DNA of 64,000 nucleotides from NCBI RefSeq assembly GCF_002854065.1, contig NZ_CP024147.1, one strand, 5' to 3'. How positions within the stretch are numbered: position 1 is the first letter of the stretch; each line of letters opens with the position of its first letter. Below, piece after piece: positions 23,667 through 35,589 of the stretch. The DNA is from Escherichia coli. Its GTDB lineage: Bacteria; Pseudomonadota; Gammaproteobacteria; Enterobacterales; Enterobacteriaceae. The notes beneath the pieces were generated by a model that worked only from the letters and a program-made list of their open reading frames with translations, had not been told where the DNA came from and did not search any database. The translations under genes were made by a program, and so were the position numbers.

Positions 23667-24188
23667 TTATCGTCTGCGCCACCACAACATTCCCATCAGT
23701 AGCATCCCCGGCAACCACACCCACATCAATTCAGAAATAATCACCTGATGCCCGTACGCTGTGGTGTAACGAGACAATGCAAACGGCGCGACTTTAATCA
23801 CCTGCCAGGGAGCGAAAAAGCGTTCATCTGACCACGGCCACAGCCAGCCAACGCCCTTACCGCCAGTGGTTACTGAATCCAGCAAGCTGTGCGATAGCAA
23901 CGAGACGGTTAAAAACAGCCAGCAGCGAATCAGCCCAGCCCTGAACCATCGGCGTCCAATCAGCACACATAACAGCGGGACAACAAACGCAAACACCAGC
24001 GAATGGGTAAACCCGCGATGACCAAAAACATTGCCGTAAGCAACGCCAAATTTAAACGACAATACGTCGGCGTCGGGCAGCATCGCCAGGATGATTCCGG
24101 CAAATAACAGACGCGGAGGGATGACTTTCGAACCCAACCCTAAACCAATGCATAGGGGAACGGCGGCGTGCGTAATAACGGTTGGCAT
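23667..24188 (-). CDS. ybcI: inner membrane protein YbcI
   Basis: 173-aa hydrophobic ORF recognised as YbcI. Confidence 0.8.
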   Translation of the reverse strand: MPTVITHAAVPLCIGLGLGSKVIPPRLLFAGIILAMLPDADVLSFKFGVAYGNVFGHRGFTHSLVFAFVVPLLCVLIGRRWFRAGLIRCWLFLTVSLLSHSLLDSVTTGGKGVGWLWPWSDERFFAPWQVIKVAPFALSRYTTAYGHQVIISELMWVWLPGMLLMGMLWWRRR

Positions 24189-24295
24189 GATGGTCGCTTC
24201 GGCAAAATGTCGATGCTATCAGCATGGATGAACGGGGCGTAGAGGGCAACAGTCTGAAAAGAGAACCGGCCTGTTGATACAGGCCGGGAAAGGGA

Positions 24296-24508
24296 TCAGG
24301 CAACAACCTGTACGCTGTGACCTGCAAAACTCACTGTCTGCCCGGCGACGATTTTGCAGCGTTTGCGCGTTTCAACCGCGCCATCAACTTTCACCTGGCC
24401 TTCGGCAATCGCGATTTTCGCCTGCGCGCCGCTTTCGCTCCAGCCTTCCAGTTTCAGCAAGTCGCACAGCTCAACGTGCGGATGTTTACCTAAAGAAAAT
24501 GTCGCCAT
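24296..24508 (-). CDS. ybcJ: S4-domain small RNA-binding protein
   Basis: 70 aa from MATFSLGKHPHVEL; start codon abuts folD stop; longer 88-aa track ORF would overlap folD. Confidence 0.75.
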   Translation of the reverse strand: MATFSLGKHPHVELCDLLKLEGWSESGAQAKIAIAEGQVKVDGAVETRKRCKIVAGQTVSFAGHSVQVVA

Positions 24509-24509
24509 G

Positions 24510-25376
24510 TTACTCACCCTGTGGATCATGATATTCAACGCACGCCTGAAGCGTGTTTTCAATCAGCGTGGCAACCGTCATCGGGCCAACGCCGCCGGGA
24601 ACAGGCGTAATGTATGAGGCGCGTTTAGCCGCGTCTTCAAACACGACGTCGCCCACAACTTTGCCATTTTCCAGACGGTTGATGCCGACATCAATCACAA
24701 TTGCGCCTTCTTTGATCCAGTCACCAGGAATAAAGCCCGGCTTGCCGACGGCAACGATCAGTAGATCGGCATTTTCTACGTGGTGACGCAGATTTTTAGT
24801 GAAACGGTGAGTCACGGTGGTGGTGCAACCTGCCAGCAGCAGTTCCATGCTCATCGGGCGGCCAACGATATTCGATGCGCCAATCACCACGGCGTTGAGG
24901 CCGAAGGTATCAATGTTGTAACGCTCAAGCAGCGTGACGATACCGCGCGGGGTGCAGGGACGCAGACGCGGCGCGCGCTGGCACAGACGACCGACGTTAT
25001 AAGGATGGAAACCGTCCACGTCTTTGTCCGGATGAATACGTTCCAGCACTTTGACGTTATCAATACCCGCCGGTAACGGCAGTTGAACCAGAATGCCATC
25101 GATGGTGTTGTCGGCATTCAGCGCATCGATAAGCTCCAACAGCTCCGCTTCGCTGGTGGTTTCCGGGAGGTCATAAGAGCGGGAGACGAACCCGACTTCT
25201 TCACAAGCCTTGCGTTTGCTTGCGACATAAATTTGCGATGCAGGGTTACTACCCACCAGCACAACGGCCAGTCCTGGTGCCCGCAGTCCGGCTGCAATAC
25301 GCGCCTGAACTTTTTGAGCAACTTCAGAGCGCACCTGCTGCGCAATCGTTTTACCGTCAATAATCTTTGCTGCCAT
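24510..25376 (-). CDS. folD: bifunctional methylene-THF dehydrogenase/cyclohydrolase
   Basis: 288-aa ORF recognised as FolD. Confidence 0.95.
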
Positions 25377-25846
25377 CAGAGAGAGGATTCCATCTGTTAC
25401 GTAGGTCGAAGGGGATGCGCCTATTTTGTCAGAAGCGGGGCGCGCTGTCAGGTTTCGTTTCAGATTTATCGCGTGAAGCGACCTCTTGCGAAGGTGAGGC
25501 GCACTGTCGCTGAGATTGAAAGCTTCATTTTTCGTCCATGATGGCGTTGTAAATCTGGAACTGATTTATTTCCTTGTCTAAGGATTAAGATAATTTAAGA
25601 AATACCTGACAATATAAAAAGAATTTTCAGCCTGGTAATTTACCGCTTCAGGTCTATATTTGTGTTGAATATATTTTGCGCGGAAGTATTCATCTAACGG
25701 GGCGCTCTATTTTTTAGAATAGAGTGCATATTTTCAATTAAGACATTCTTAGAGGATAAAAAGGAATTTAATACTATCAGTGTCTTAAATAAAGTAATCG
25801 GTTATATACGGATGTGGAGTCGATAAATGAGATTGAAGGAATATAT

Positions 25847-26389
25847 ATGAAATTAAGATTTATTTCGTCTGCGCTGGCTGCCGCACTATTCGCCGCTACG
25901 GGTAGTTATGCTGCCGTTGTAGATGGCGGTACAATTCACTTTGAAGGCGAACTGGTGAATGCTGCCTGTTCAGTGAATACTGACTCGGCAGACCAGGTTG
26001 TCACACTCGGTCAATATCGTACCGATATTTTCAATGCTGTTGGTAATACCTCTGCATTAATTCCATTCACTATACAGTTGAACGACTGCGATCCTGTTGT
26101 TGCCGCTAATGCTGCCGTTGCATTTTCTGGTCAGGCTGATGCAATCAATGATAATTTATTGGCCATTGCATCCAGTACCAATACAACAACAGCAACGGGT
26201 GTCGGTATTGAAATACTTGATAATACATCCGCAATTCTCAAACCTGATGGGAATAGCTTCTCAACCAACCAGAACTTGATCCCCGGGACCAACGTTCTTC
26301 CTTTTTCTGCACGTTATAAAGGCACCGGTACAAGTGCATCAGCAGGGCAAGCAAATGCTGACGCGACTTTTATTATGAGATACGAATAA
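25847..26389 (+). CDS. sfmA: type 1-like fimbrial major subunit
   Basis: 180 aa from [16 protein letters not shown] with signal peptide and SD AAGGA upstream; FimA-like. Confidence 0.85.
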   Translation: MKLRFISSALAAALFAATGSYAAVVDGGTIHFEGELVNAACSVNTDSADQVVTLGQYRTDIFNAVGNTSALIPFTIQLNDCDPVVAANAAVAFSGQADAINDNLLAIASSTNTTTATGVGIEILDNTSAILKPDGNSFSTNQNLIPGTNVLPFSARYKGTGTSASAGQANADATFIMRYE

Positions 26390-26608
26390 TAAAAACCACG
26401 TTGTTTTGAATTATATACCACGTCTTATAACAAAGTAATGTACCGGTTGTCTGAAGCGGTATGGTGGCAATGTAAATCGAAATCATGTTCACTTTGTATC
26501 ATGCCGCTTTATTAAATGAAAAGGGAATGATGTGTTGTAAGAAACCAAAGCAATCATTTCTTTATATTTCTTATTTTTGCCGTCAGGAATACACAAGGCG
26601 TATTAACT

Positions 26609-27301
26609 ATGATGACTAAAATAAAGTTATTGATGCTCATTATATTTTATTTAATCATTTCGGCCAGCGCCCATGCTGCCGGAGGGATCGCATTAGGTGC
26701 CACGCGTATTATTTATCCCGCTGATGCTAAACAGACTGCGGTATGGATTAGAAATAGCCATACCAATGAGCGCTTTCTGGTCAATTCGTGGATTGAAAAC
26801 AGCAGCGGTGTAAAAGAAAAGTCATTCATCATTACACCGCCACTGTTTGTTAGTGAACCCAAAAGCGAAAATACTTTGCGTATTATTTACACCGGTCCAC
26901 CGCTGGCAGCAGATCGTGAGTCTCTGTTCTGGATGAATGTTAAGACGATCCCTTCGGTAGATAAAAATGCATTGAACGGCAGGAATGTTTTGCAACTGGC
27001 GATTTTATCGCGCATGAAGTTATTTCTCCGTCCAATTCAACTACAAGAATTACCCGCAGAAGCGCCGGACACACTCAAGTTTTCGCGATCCGGTAACTAT
27101 ATCAATGTTCATAATCCATCACCTTTTTATGTCACCCTGGTTAACTTACAAGTGGGCAGCCAAAAGTTGGGGAATGCTATGGCTGCACCCAGAGTTAATT
27201 CACAAATTCCCTTACCCTCAGGAGTGCAGGGAAAGCTGAAATTTCAGACCGTTAATGATTATGGTTCAGTAACCCCGGTCAGAGAAGTGAACTTAAACTA
27301 A
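26609..27301 (+). CDS. sfmC: periplasmic fimbrial chaperone
   Basis: 230-aa PapD-like chaperone ORF. Confidence 0.88.
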   Translation: MMTKIKLLMLIIFYLIISASAHAAGGIALGATRIIYPADAKQTAVWIRNSHTNERFLVNSWIENSSGVKEKSFIITPPLFVSEPKSENTLRIIYTGPPLAADRESLFWMNVKTIPSVDKNALNGRNVLQLAILSRMKLFLRPIQLQELPAEAPDTLKFSRSGNYINVHNPSPFYVTLVNLQVGSQKLGNAMAAPRVNSQIPLPSGVQGKLKFQTVNDYGSVTPVREVNLN

Positions 27302-27331
27302 CCGAATCATCTGACAATATCAGAGCTAATT

Positions 27332-29941
27332 ATGAAAATACCCACTACTACGGATATTCCGCAGAGGTATACCTGGTGTCTGGCCGGAATTTGTTATTCA
27401 TCTCTTGCCATTTTACCCTCCTTTTTAAGCTATGCGGAAAGTTATTTCAACCCGGCATTTTTATTAGAGAATGGCACATCCGTTGCTGATTTATCGCGCT
27501 TTGAGAGAGGTAATCATCAACCTGCGGGCGTGTATCGGGTGGATCTCTGGCGTAATGATGAGTTCATTGGTTCACAGGATATCGTATTTGAATCGACAAC
27601 AGAAAATACAGGTGATAAATCAGGTGGGTTAATGCCCTGTTTTAACCAGGTATTCCTTGAACGAATTGGCCTTAATAGCAGTGCATTTCCCGAGTTAGCC
27701 CAGCAGCAAAACAATAAATGCATCAATTTACTGAAAGCTGTACCTGATGCCACAATTAACTTTGATTTTGCAGCGATGCGCCTGAACATCACGATTCCTC
27801 AGATAGCGTTGTTGAGTAGCGCTCACGGTTACATTCCGCCTGAAGAGTGGGATGAAGGTATTCCTGCTTTACTCCTGAATTATAATTTCACCGGTAACAG
27901 AGGTAATGGTAACGATAGCTATTTTTTTAGTGAGCTCAGCGGGATTAATATTGGCCCGTGGCGTTTACGCAACAATGGTTCCTGGAACTATTTTCGCGGA
28001 AATGGATATCATTCAGAACAGTGGAATAATATTGGCACCTGGGTACAGCGCGCCATTATTCCGCTGAAAAGTGAACTGGTAATGGGAGACGGCAATACAG
28101 GAAGTGATATTTTCGATGGCGTTGGATTTCGTAGTGTACGGCTTTACTCTTCCGATAATATGTATCCTGATAGCCAGCAGGGGTTTGCCCCAACGGTACG
28201 TGGGATTGCCCGTACGGCGGCCCAGCTAACGATTCGGCAAAATGGTTTTATTATCTATCAAAGCTATGTTTCCCCCGGCGCTTTTGAAATTACAGATTTG
28301 CACCCGACATCTTCAAATGGCGATCTGGACGTCACCATCGACGAACGCGATGGTAATCAGCAGAATTACACAATTCCGTATTCAACAGTGCCAATTTTAC
28401 AACGCGAAGGGCGTTTCAAATTTGACCTGACGGCGGGCGATTTTCGTAGCGGTAATAGTCAGCAATCATCGCCTTTCTTTTTTCAGGGCACGGCACTCGG
28501 CGGTTTACCACAGGAATTTACTGCCTACGGCGGGACGCAATTATCTGCCAATTACACCGCCTTTTTATTAGGGCTGGGGCGCAACCTCGGGAACTGGGGC
28601 GCAGTGTCGCTGGATGTGACCCATGCGCGCAGCCAGTTAGCCGACGACAGTCGTCATGAGGGGGATTCCATTCGCTTCCTCTATGCGAAATCGATGAACA
28701 CCTTCGGCACCAATTTTCAGTTAATGGGTTACCGCTATTCGACACAAGGTTTTTATACCCTTGATGATGTTGCGTATCGTCGAATGGAGGGGTACGAATA
28801 TGATTACGATTACGACGGTGAGCATCGCGATGAACCGATAATCGTGAATTACCACAATTTACGCTTTAGCCGTAAAGACCGTTTGCAGTTAAATATTTCA
28901 CAATCACTTAATGACTTTGGCTCGCTTTATATCTCTGGTACCCATCAAAAATACTGGAATACTTCGGATTCAGATACCTGGTATCAGGTGGGGTATACCA
29001 GCAGCTGGGTTGGCATCAGTTATTCGCTCTTATTTTCGTGGAATGAATCTGTAGGGATCCCCGATAACGAACGTATTGTCGGACTTAATGTTTCAGTGCC
29101 TTTCAATGTTCTGACCAAACGTCGCTACACCCGGGAAAATGCGCTCGACCGCGCTTATGCCTCCTTTAACGCCAACCGTAACAGCAACGGGCAAAATAGC
29201 TGGCTGGCAGGCGTTGGTGGGACCTTACTGGAAGGCCACAACCTGAGTTATCACGTAAGCCAGGGCGATACTTCGAACAATGGGTACACGGGCAGCGCCA
29301 CGGCAAACTGGCAGGCCGCTTACGGTACGCTGGGGGTCGGGTATAACTACGACCGCGATCAACATGACGTTAACTGGCAGCTGTCTGGTGGTGTGGTCGG
29401 ACATAAAAATGGCATAACGCTGAGCCAGCCTTTAGGGGATACCAATGTTTTGATTAAAGCGCCTGGCGCAGGCGGTGTACGCATTGAAAATCAAACTGGC
29501 ATTTTAACCGACTGGCGCGGCTATGCGGTGATGCCGTATGCCACGGTTTATCGGTATAACCGTATCGCGCTTGATACCAATACGATGGGGAATTCCATCG
29601 ATGTTGAAAAAAATATTAGCAGCGTTGTGCCGACGCAAGGCGCGTTGGTTCGTGCCAATTTTGATACCCGCATAGGCGTGCGGGCGCTCATTACCGTTAC
29701 CCAGGGCGGAAAACCGGTGCCGTTTGGATCACTGGTACGGGAAAACAGTACCGGAATAACCAGTATGGTGGGTGATGACGGGCAAGTTTATTTAAGTGGT
29801 GCGCCATTGTCTGGTGAATTACTGGTTCAGTGGGGAGACGGCGCGAACTCACGCTGCATTGCGCACTATGTATTGCCGAAGCAAAGCTTACAGCAAGCCG
29901 TCACAGTTATTTCGGCAGTTTGCACACATCCTGGCTCATAA
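27332..29941 (+). CDS. sfmD: fimbrial outer membrane usher
   Basis: 869-aa usher ORF, FimD-like. Confidence 0.9.
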   Translation: MKIPTTTDIPQRYTWCLAGICYSSLAILPSFLSYAESYFNPAFLLENGTSVADLSRFERGNHQPAGVYRVDLWRNDEFIGSQDIVFESTTENTGDKSGGLMPCFNQVFLERIGLNSSAFPELAQQQNNKCINLLKAVPDATINFDFAAMRLNITIPQIALLSSAHGYIPPEEWDEGIPALLLNYNFTGNRGNGNDSYFFSELSGINIGPWRLRNNGSWNYFRGNGYHSEQWNNIGTWVQRAIIPLKSELVMGDGNTGSDIFDGVGFRSVRLYSSDNMYPDSQQGFAPTVRGIARTAAQLTIRQNGFIIYQSYVSPGAFEITDLHPTSSNGDLDVTIDERDGNQQNYTIPYSTVPILQREGRFKFDLTAGDFRSGNSQQSSPFFFQGTALGGLPQEFTAYGGTQLSANYTAFLLGLGRNLGNWGAVSLDVTHARSQLADDSRHEGDSIRFLYAKSMNTFGTNFQLMGYRYSTQGFYTLDDVAYRRMEGYEYDYDYDGEHRDEPIIVNYHNLRFSRKDRLQLNISQSLNDFGSLYISGTHQKYWNTSDSDTWYQVGYTSSWVGISYSLLFSWNESVGIPDNERIVGLNVSVPFNVLTKRRYTRENALDRAYASFNANRNSNGQNSWLAGVGGTLLEGHNLSYHVSQGDTSNNGYTGSATANWQAAYGTLGVGYNYDRDQHDVNWQLSGGVVGHKNGITLSQPLGDTNVLIKAPGAGGVRIENQTGILTDWRGYAVMPYATVYRYNRIALDTNTMGNSIDVEKNISSVVPTQGALVRANFDTRIGVRALITVTQGGKPVPFGSLVRENSTGITSMVGDDGQVYLSGAPLSGELLVQWGDGANSRCIAHYVLPKQSLQQAVTVISAVCTHPGS

Positions 29942-29953
29942 AGGAAATTATCA

Positions 29954-30961
29954 ATGAAGATAATCTGCAGATTATTATTGGCGATGGCATGTTTGTGTCT
30001 GGCAAACATATCCTGGGCTACTGTTTGTGCAAATAGTACTGGCGTAGCAGAAGATGAACACTATGATCTCTCAAATGTCTTTAATAGCACCAATAACCAG
30101 CCAGGGCAGATTGTTGTTTTACCGGAAAAATCCGGCTGGGTAGGTGTGTCAGCAATTTGTCCACCCGGCACGCTGGTGAATTATACATACCGTAGTTATG
30201 TCACTAACTTTATTGTTCAGGAAACTATCGATAATTATAAATATATGCAATTAAATGATTATCTATTAGGTGCGATGAGTCTGGTTGATAGTGTGATGGA
30301 TATTCAATTTCCCCCGCTAAATTATATTCGTATGGGAACAGATCCTAACGTTTCGCAAAACCTTCCGTTCGGGGTGATGGATTCTCGTTTGATATTTCGT
30401 TTAAAGGTTATTCGGCCCTTTATTAACATGGTGGAGATCCCCAGACAGGTGATGTTTACCGTGTATGTGACATCAACGCCTTACGATCCGTTGGTTACAC
30501 CTGTTTATACCATTAGTTTTGGTGGCCGGGTTGAAGTACCGCAAAACTGCGAATTAAATGCCGGGCAGATTGTTGAATTTGATTTTGGTGATATCGGCGC
30601 ATCGTTATTTAGTGCGGCAGGGCCGGGTAATCGACCTGCTGGTGTCATGCCGCAAACCAAGAGCATTGCGGTCAAATGTACGAATGTTGCTGCGCAGGCT
30701 TATTTAACAATGCGTCTGGAAGCCAGTGCCGTTTCTGGTCAGGCGATGGTGTCGGACAATCAGGATTTAGGTTTTATTGTCGCCGATCAGAACGATACGC
30801 CGATCACGCCTAACGATCTCAATAGCGTTATTCCTTTCCGTCTGGATGCAGCTGCGGTAGCCAATGTCACACTTCGCGCCTGGCCTATCAGTATTACCGG
30901 TCAAAAACCGACCGAAGGGCCGTTTAGCGCGCTGGGGTATTTACGCGTCGATTATCAATGA
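29954..30961 (+). CDS. sfmH: fimbrial adhesin-like subunit
   Basis: 335-aa ORF with signal peptide; FimH-like position after usher. Confidence 0.8.
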   Translation: MKIICRLLLAMACLCLANISWATVCANSTGVAEDEHYDLSNVFNSTNNQPGQIVVLPEKSGWVGVSAICPPGTLVNYTYRSYVTNFIVQETIDNYKYMQLNDYLLGAMSLVDSVMDIQFPPLNYIRMGTDPNVSQNLPFGVMDSRLIFRLKVIRPFINMVEIPRQVMFTVYVTSTPYDPLVTPVYTISFGGRVEVPQNCELNAGQIVEFDFGDIGASLFSAAGPGNRPAGVMPQTKSIAVKCTNVAAQAYLTMRLEASAVSGQAMVSDNQDLGFIVADQNDTPITPNDLNSVIPFRLDAAAVANVTLRAWPISITGQKPTEGPFSALGYLRVDYQ

Positions 30962-30971
30962 GGTACGGAGA

Positions 30972-31487
30972 ATGAGAAGAGTATTCTTTAGCTGTTTCTG
31001 CGGGTTAATGTGGAGTTCCAGTGGATGGGCAGCTGACCCTTTAGGAACGATTAATATCAATTTGCACGGTAACGTTGTTGATTTCTCCTGTACCGTAAAC
31101 ACAGCGGATATTGATAAGACGGTAGATTTAGGCAGATGGCCTACGACACAATTACTGAACGCTGGCGATACCACGGCACTCGTCCCTTTTAGCCTGCGGC
31201 TGGAGGGATGTCCTCCGGGTTCAGTTGCGATTTTATTTACGGGAACGCCGGCATCTGATGCCAACCTGCTGGCTCTGGATGATCCCGCAATGGCACAAAC
31301 CGTTGCCATCGAATTACGTAATAGCGATCGCTCCCGGCTCGCACTGGGGGAGGCGAGCCCGACTGAGGAAGTAGATGCAAATGGCAATGTCACACTAAAC
31401 TTTTTTGCCAATTATCGAGCGTTAGCCAGCGGTGTTCGGCCAGGTGTGGCGAAAGCGGATGCGATATTTATGATCAATTATAATTAA
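30972..31487 (+). CDS. sfmF: fimbrial minor subunit
   Basis: 171 aa from MRRVFFSCFCGLMW; FimF/G-like. Confidence 0.8.
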   Translation: MRRVFFSCFCGLMWSSSGWAADPLGTININLHGNVVDFSCTVNTADIDKTVDLGRWPTTQLLNAGDTTALVPFSLRLEGCPPGSVAILFTGTPASDANLLALDDPAMAQTVAIELRNSDRSRLALGEASPTEEVDANGNVTLNFFANYRALASGVRPGVAKADAIFMINYN

Positions 31488-31489
31488 TA

Positions 31490-32122
31490 TTATATTAATT
31501 CGTATAATTTGGCGTAGTCGATAAGCTCTACAATTGAATGTAAACCTAGCTTGCCATAAATATTAGATTTATGCGCACTAACTGTTTTATTGCTAAGTAA
31601 TAACTTATCGGCAATTTCTTTATTAGATAATCCGCTAACCAGATAACGTAATATGGTCACTTCACGATTAGATAGCACAGTGACCGTTGAACTATTCGTA
31701 CTACATTTATTGCTTTTTATATAGTTAAGCGTTTCGCTGGGAAAAAACGTGTATCCGGAGAGGATCATCTGAACGGCATGAAAAATATCATTCTGATCAT
31801 TGCATTTACTGACAAAACCGTTAGCACCAGCTTGTATCGCTCTGCCAGCATAAAAGCATTCTGATTTCGATGATAAAAATAACACTTTCACTGTGCTCTG
31901 GATTTGTTTGATCCTTTTCAGGAAGGTAAAACCGTCTGTTCCGGGCAAGTCTATATCCATAATGATTAAATCAACAGGACGGGTTCGGAGATAATCGATG
32001 GTTATGCGGTAATCATCCGTTTTCAGGACAATCTGCAATTCACTGTTTTTTTGCAACAGAACTTCAATAGACATTCTGATGATAGGATGAGTATCCATAA
32101 TGATCACCGACGTTGGTTTCAT
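31490..32122 (-). CDS. fimZ: LuxR-family response regulator of fimbrial expression
   Basis: 210 aa from MKPTSVIIMDTHPIIR; receiver domain plus C-terminal HTH. Confidence 0.88.
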   Translation of the reverse strand: MKPTSVIIMDTHPIIRMSIEVLLQKNSELQIVLKTDDYRITIDYLRTRPVDLIIMDIDLPGTDGFTFLKRIKQIQSTVKVLFLSSKSECFYAGRAIQAGANGFVSKCNDQNDIFHAVQMILSGYTFFPSETLNYIKSNKCSTNSSTVTVLSNREVTILRYLVSGLSNKEIADKLLLSNKTVSAHKSNIYGKLGLHSIVELIDYAKLYELI

Positions 32123-32364
32123 AGTTACCAGTCTCATAGGAGCGGACAATTTTCCGTTAGGGCGGTAAATTGTACTTTGATACATGAAAATACGGGTTTT
32201 CTTGATTCAGACGCGCAGCGATGTGCATTTGTTTGCCGCTATAGCGAAATAAATCAGAAAATCAGACGCGGTCGTTCACTTGTTCAGCAACCAGATCAAA
32301 AGCCATTGACTCAGCAAGGGTTGACCGTATAATTCACGCGATTACACCGCATTGCGGTATCAAC

Positions 32365-32441
32365 GCGCCCTTAGCTCAGTTGGATAGAGCAACGACCTTC
32401 TAAGTCGTGGGCCGCAGGTTCGAATCCTGCAGGGCGCGCCA
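32365..32441 (+). tRNA. argU: tRNA-Arg (anticodon UCU)
   Basis: 77-nt sequence GCGCCCTTAGCTCAGTTGGATAGAGCAACGACCTTCTAAGTCGTGGGCCGCAGGTTCGAATCCTGCAGGGCGCGCCA with cloverleaf and CCA end. Confidence 0.95.
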
Positions 32442-32443
32442 TT
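32397..32443. repeat. prophage attL core (47 bp, 3' half of argU)
   Basis: Identical 47-bp copy found at 48894-48940. Confidence 0.8.
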
Positions 32444-32456
32444 ACAATTCAATCAG

Positions 32457-33620
32457 TTACGCCTTCTTTATATCCTCCATAATTCCAGAGTGGGACATAT
32501 TTGGGACATTATCACCAAAAATGTCGTCTATTTTCCTCGCATGCTCTGTCAAATGATTAGGCGCAAGGTGAGCATACCTACGAACCATTTCTATGGACTC
32601 CCATCCGCCCATTTCCTGAAGCACTGATAATGGGACGCCTGACTGAATCAGCCAGCTTGCCCAGGTGTGTCTGAGGTCATGGAAACGGAAATCTTCAATT
32701 CCTGCACGACGACAAGCTGATAGCCATGATGTCTTGCTGTCGATGCGCATCTTCCTGACCGCAGGCGTTGATGTTCCATCTGCTCGCTTAGCCGCCTTGG
32801 TATGTACAAACACCCATTTGTGATGCTTGCCTATTTGATCACGCAACACTTTACAGGCGGTATCGTTCAGCGCCACACCAATGGCGCGGTTTGATTTGCT
32901 CTCTTCTGGATTCACCCAGGCAACTCGTCGCTGCATGTCGATTTGTTGCCATTCCAGATTTATGATGTTCGACTTTCTCAGACCAGTTGCCAGCGCAAAC
33001 TTGACGACAGATTTCAGTGGTTCGGGGCACTCATCAATAAGGCGTTTTGCTTCCTCCTTTTCCAGCCATCTGACTCGCTTGTTTCTGACCGCTGGTATCT
33101 TGATGACAGGCGCTTTTTCCAGCCACTTCCAGTCGCGTTCTGCAGCACGGAGAATGGCCTTTATCATGGCAAGATGCTTTGCCTTTGTCTGAGTTGATAC
33201 TGGCTTTGGTTCATAAACAGGCAGTTCTTTACCTTTCCTGATGGCGGCCTGAACTTTCTGTTTCCATATTTCTTTCGTCTTTCTGTTATGCATTCTGCTT
33301 ACAGCAGAGTAAATCTTTGCCTCCGAGATATCTTTAAGCCTTATACCCTCAAAATGTTCAAGCCAGAACTCAATCCGGCTTTTATCTGAATCGAGAGATT
33401 TTTTATCAGCTTTTTCCTCAAGCCATCTTAGGCAGGCCTCTTCAAAAGTGACATCAGGTAAATCCCCTAGCTTTTCTACTCGCCAGAGTTCTGCTTTTCG
33501 CTTGTCGTGCAACTCCTGAGCTTGCCGCTTGTCCTTTGTGCCAAGAGATTCCTTAATTCGTTTCCCGCCCGGGAGCGAATACGAGGCATACCATATTTCA
33601 TTTCTGCGGAAGAGTGACAT
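32457..33620 (-). CDS. intD: prophage tyrosine integrase
   Basis: 387-aa ORF with C-terminal R..H..R..Y catalytic region ([10 protein letters not shown]); adjacent to tRNA. Confidence 0.9.
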   Translation of the reverse strand: MSLFRRNEIWYASYSLPGGKRIKESLGTKDKRQAQELHDKRKAELWRVEKLGDLPDVTFEEACLRWLEEKADKKSLDSDKSRIEFWLEHFEGIRLKDISEAKIYSAVSRMHNRKTKEIWKQKVQAAIRKGKELPVYEPKPVSTQTKAKHLAMIKAILRAAERDWKWLEKAPVIKIPAVRNKRVRWLEKEEAKRLIDECPEPLKSVVKFALATGLRKSNIINLEWQQIDMQRRVAWVNPEESKSNRAIGVALNDTACKVLRDQIGKHHKWVFVHTKAAKRADGTSTPAVRKMRIDSKTSWLSACRRAGIEDFRFHDLRHTWASWLIQSGVPLSVLQEMGGWESIEMVRRYAHLAPNHLTEHARKIDDIFGDNVPNMSHSGIMEDIKKA

Positions 33621-33847
33621 TTTCTTTCCTCTGTTATGCCATCACCCGCGCTCACCTGGACAGTATGCAGCGGAGACTGAAGCGCCGCAATGCAGGCTTG
33701 CCGTGTTGTGAGGTAAGGAGATTTTGGCTTGGTTGGATCTTTACGTGTTGCCTGTAGGCGGCCTGTTCGTATCCAGTTGGTGGCGGTTGGTCTGGATATC
33801 TTAAGAAACTGACAGGCCTCATCGAGTGTGAGGCTGTATGATTCCAT
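33476..33847 (-). CDS. excisionase/AlpA-like wHTH protein (possibly degenerate)
   Basis: [34 protein letters not shown] motif; reading frame runs 145 nt into int, suggesting altered 3' end. Confidence 0.5.
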   Translation of the reverse strand: MESYSLTLDEACQFLKISRPTATNWIRTGRLQATRKDPTKPKSPYLTTRQACIAALQSPLHTVQVSAGDGITEERKCHSSAEMKYGMPRIRSRAGNELRNLLAQRTSGKLRSCTTSEKQNSGE

Positions 33848-34097
33848 GGTTACCTCTGCTTTTTGAACGCATGTCACGTAACTTCTTAATGTGTTCTGCC
33901 GTTTCGATCTCTTCTGCTATCCGATCTGCATCAGCTTTATTCACAGGTTCAAAGTCATGATTAAAGCGGAACATGCTGGCGATACATGTTCTGCCTTTTC
34001 GGATGTAGTGAACTTTGTTGTGGGTAGAACGCAGGATTTTGCAGGGAGTGCCGTGGTGGTCGACGTACCAGGTGTTAGGAAAAATGATTCTGAACAT
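33819..34097 (-). CDS. hypothetical prophage protein
   Basis: 92-aa ORF in early-left operon orientation; no recognisable motif. Confidence 0.35.
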   Translation of the reverse strand: MFRIIFPNTWYVDHHGTPCKILRSTHNKVHYIRKGRTCIASMFRFNHDFEPVNKADADRIAEEIETAEHIKKLRDMRSKSRGNHGIIQPHTR

Positions 34098-34144
34098 TTT
34101 TACACCTCAGTTGGACGATGTTGAAATTTGCTGCTTTGAGGCCA

Positions 34145-34363
34145 TCACAGTCCCCATTGTTTGTTCTTAAGTTCGATCTCCTCCTGGCAACTCGCACAAG
34201 TCCGACAACCCTGAACAGCCAGGCGTCTTCGCTCATCTATCGGATCGCCACACTCACAACAATGAGTTGCGGATACAGTCTGGTAGTTCAGACGACGCAT
34301 TTTTATTGCTGTATTGCGCTGTAATTCTTCGATTTCTGATGCTGAATCAATGATGTCTGCCAT
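34145..34363 (-). CDS. TraR/DksA-family C4 zinc-finger protein
   Basis: 72-aa ORF with CxxC...C..C motif (CCECGDPIDERRR...CRTCASC). Confidence 0.6.
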   Translation of the reverse strand: MADIIDSASEIEELQRNTAIKMRRLNYQTVSATHCCECGDPIDERRRLAVQGCRTCASCQEEIELKNKQWGL

Positions 34364-34590
34364 CTTTCATTAATCCCTGAATTGTTGGTTAATACGCTTG
34401 AGGGTAAATGCGAATAATAAAAAAGGAGCCTGTAGCTCCCTGATGATTTTGCTTTTCATGTTCACCGTTCCTTAAAGACGCCGTTCAACATGCCGATCGC
34501 CATGCTTAAATGAGTCGGTGTGAATCCCATCAGCGTTACCGTTTCGCGGTGCTTCTTTAGTATCTGGCTGAAAGAGGGGGTTATTAAGGC

Positions 34591-34953
34591 GTGAATACCT
34601 ACAGCATCACATTACCCTGGCCTCCGAGCAATAATCGCTATTACCGCCATAATCGCGGGCGCACGCACGTCAGCGCAGAGGGGCAGGCATACCGCGATAA
34701 CGTCGCCCGAATCATTAAAAACGCAATGCTGGATATCGGCCTGGCTATGCCTGTGAAAATCCGCATTGAGTGCCACATGCCGGATCGCCGTCGCCGTGAC
34801 CTGGATAATCTGCAAAAAGCCGCTTTTGACGCACTCACTAAAGCAGGTTTCTGGCTGGATGATGCTCAGGTCGTTGATTACCGCGTTGTGAAGATGCCTG
34901 TTACCAAAGGTGGGAGGCTGGAACTGACCATCACCGAAATGGGGAATGAATGA
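34591..34953 (+). CDS. rusA: Holliday junction resolvase RusA
   Basis: 120-aa ORF recognised as RusA; GTG start with AGAGGGGG SD. Confidence 0.9.
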   Translation: MNTYSITLPWPPSNNRYYRHNRGRTHVSAEGQAYRDNVARIIKNAMLDIGLAMPVKIRIECHMPDRRRRDLDNLQKAAFDALTKAGFWLDDAQVVDYRVVKMPVTKGGRLELTITEMGNE

Positions 34954-35090
34954 TGTTTGAGTTTTATATGGCAGAACTTCTTCGCCACCGCTGGGGGCAT
35001 CTGCGCTTATATCGTTTCCCCGGTTCTGTTTTGACCGATTACCGAATACTGAAGAGTTACGCCAAAACCCTGACAGGAGCAGGAGTATGA
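34950..35090 (+). CDS. ylcG: small prophage protein
   Basis: 46-aa [19 protein letters not shown] overlapping rusA stop; recognised as YlcG. Confidence 0.5.
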   Translation: MMFEFYMAELLRHRWGHLRLYRFPGSVLTDYRILKSYAKTLTGAGV

Positions 35091-35175
35091 AGTCAGAGAT
35101 AACAATCAACTAATACTGTTTTGTTGATTTTTGCTTGTAATTGGCGTTTTGGTCTGATTTTTGTGGAGTAAGTTG

Positions 35176-35559
35176 ATGCGTGATATTCAGATGGTTCTTG
35201 AGCGTTGGGGAGCGTGGGCGGCTAATAATCATGAAGATGTGACCTGGTCGTCCATTGCCGCCGGTTTTAAGGGATTAATTCCTTCAAAAGTAAAATCTCG
35301 CCCGCAATGTTGTGACGATGACGCGATGATCATTTGCGGGTGCATGGCCCGTCTGAAAAAGAACAACAGCGATTTGCACGATTTATTAGTAGATTATTAT
35401 ATAGTCGGTATGACATTCATGTCACTGGCAGGTAAGCATTGCTGCTCTGATGGTTATATCGGGAAAAGGTTACAAAAGGCTGAGGGCATAATTGAAGGGA
35501 TGTTAATGGCATTAGATATCCGGTTAGAGATGGATATCGTTGTTAATAACTCTAATTAA
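35176..35559 (+). CDS. quuD: late gene antiterminator Q
   Basis: 127 aa from [18 protein letters not shown] with zinc-binding cysteines; phage Q family. Confidence 0.85.
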   Translation: MRDIQMVLERWGAWAANNHEDVTWSSIAAGFKGLIPSKVKSRPQCCDDDAMIICGCMARLKKNNSDLHDLLVDYYIVGMTFMSLAGKHCCSDGYIGKRLQKAEGIIEGMLMALDIRLEMDIVVNNSN

Positions 35560-35589
35560 TACGCCAATTATTTACTAAAAGTTATTAAA

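Noticed and set aside
30864-30971. Upstream extension of sfmF (207-aa track ORF) overlapping sfmH
   Set aside because: The downstream ATG at 30972 gives a typical fimbrial signal peptide (MRRVFFSCFCGLMWSSSGWA) and avoids a 98-nt overlap with sfmH.
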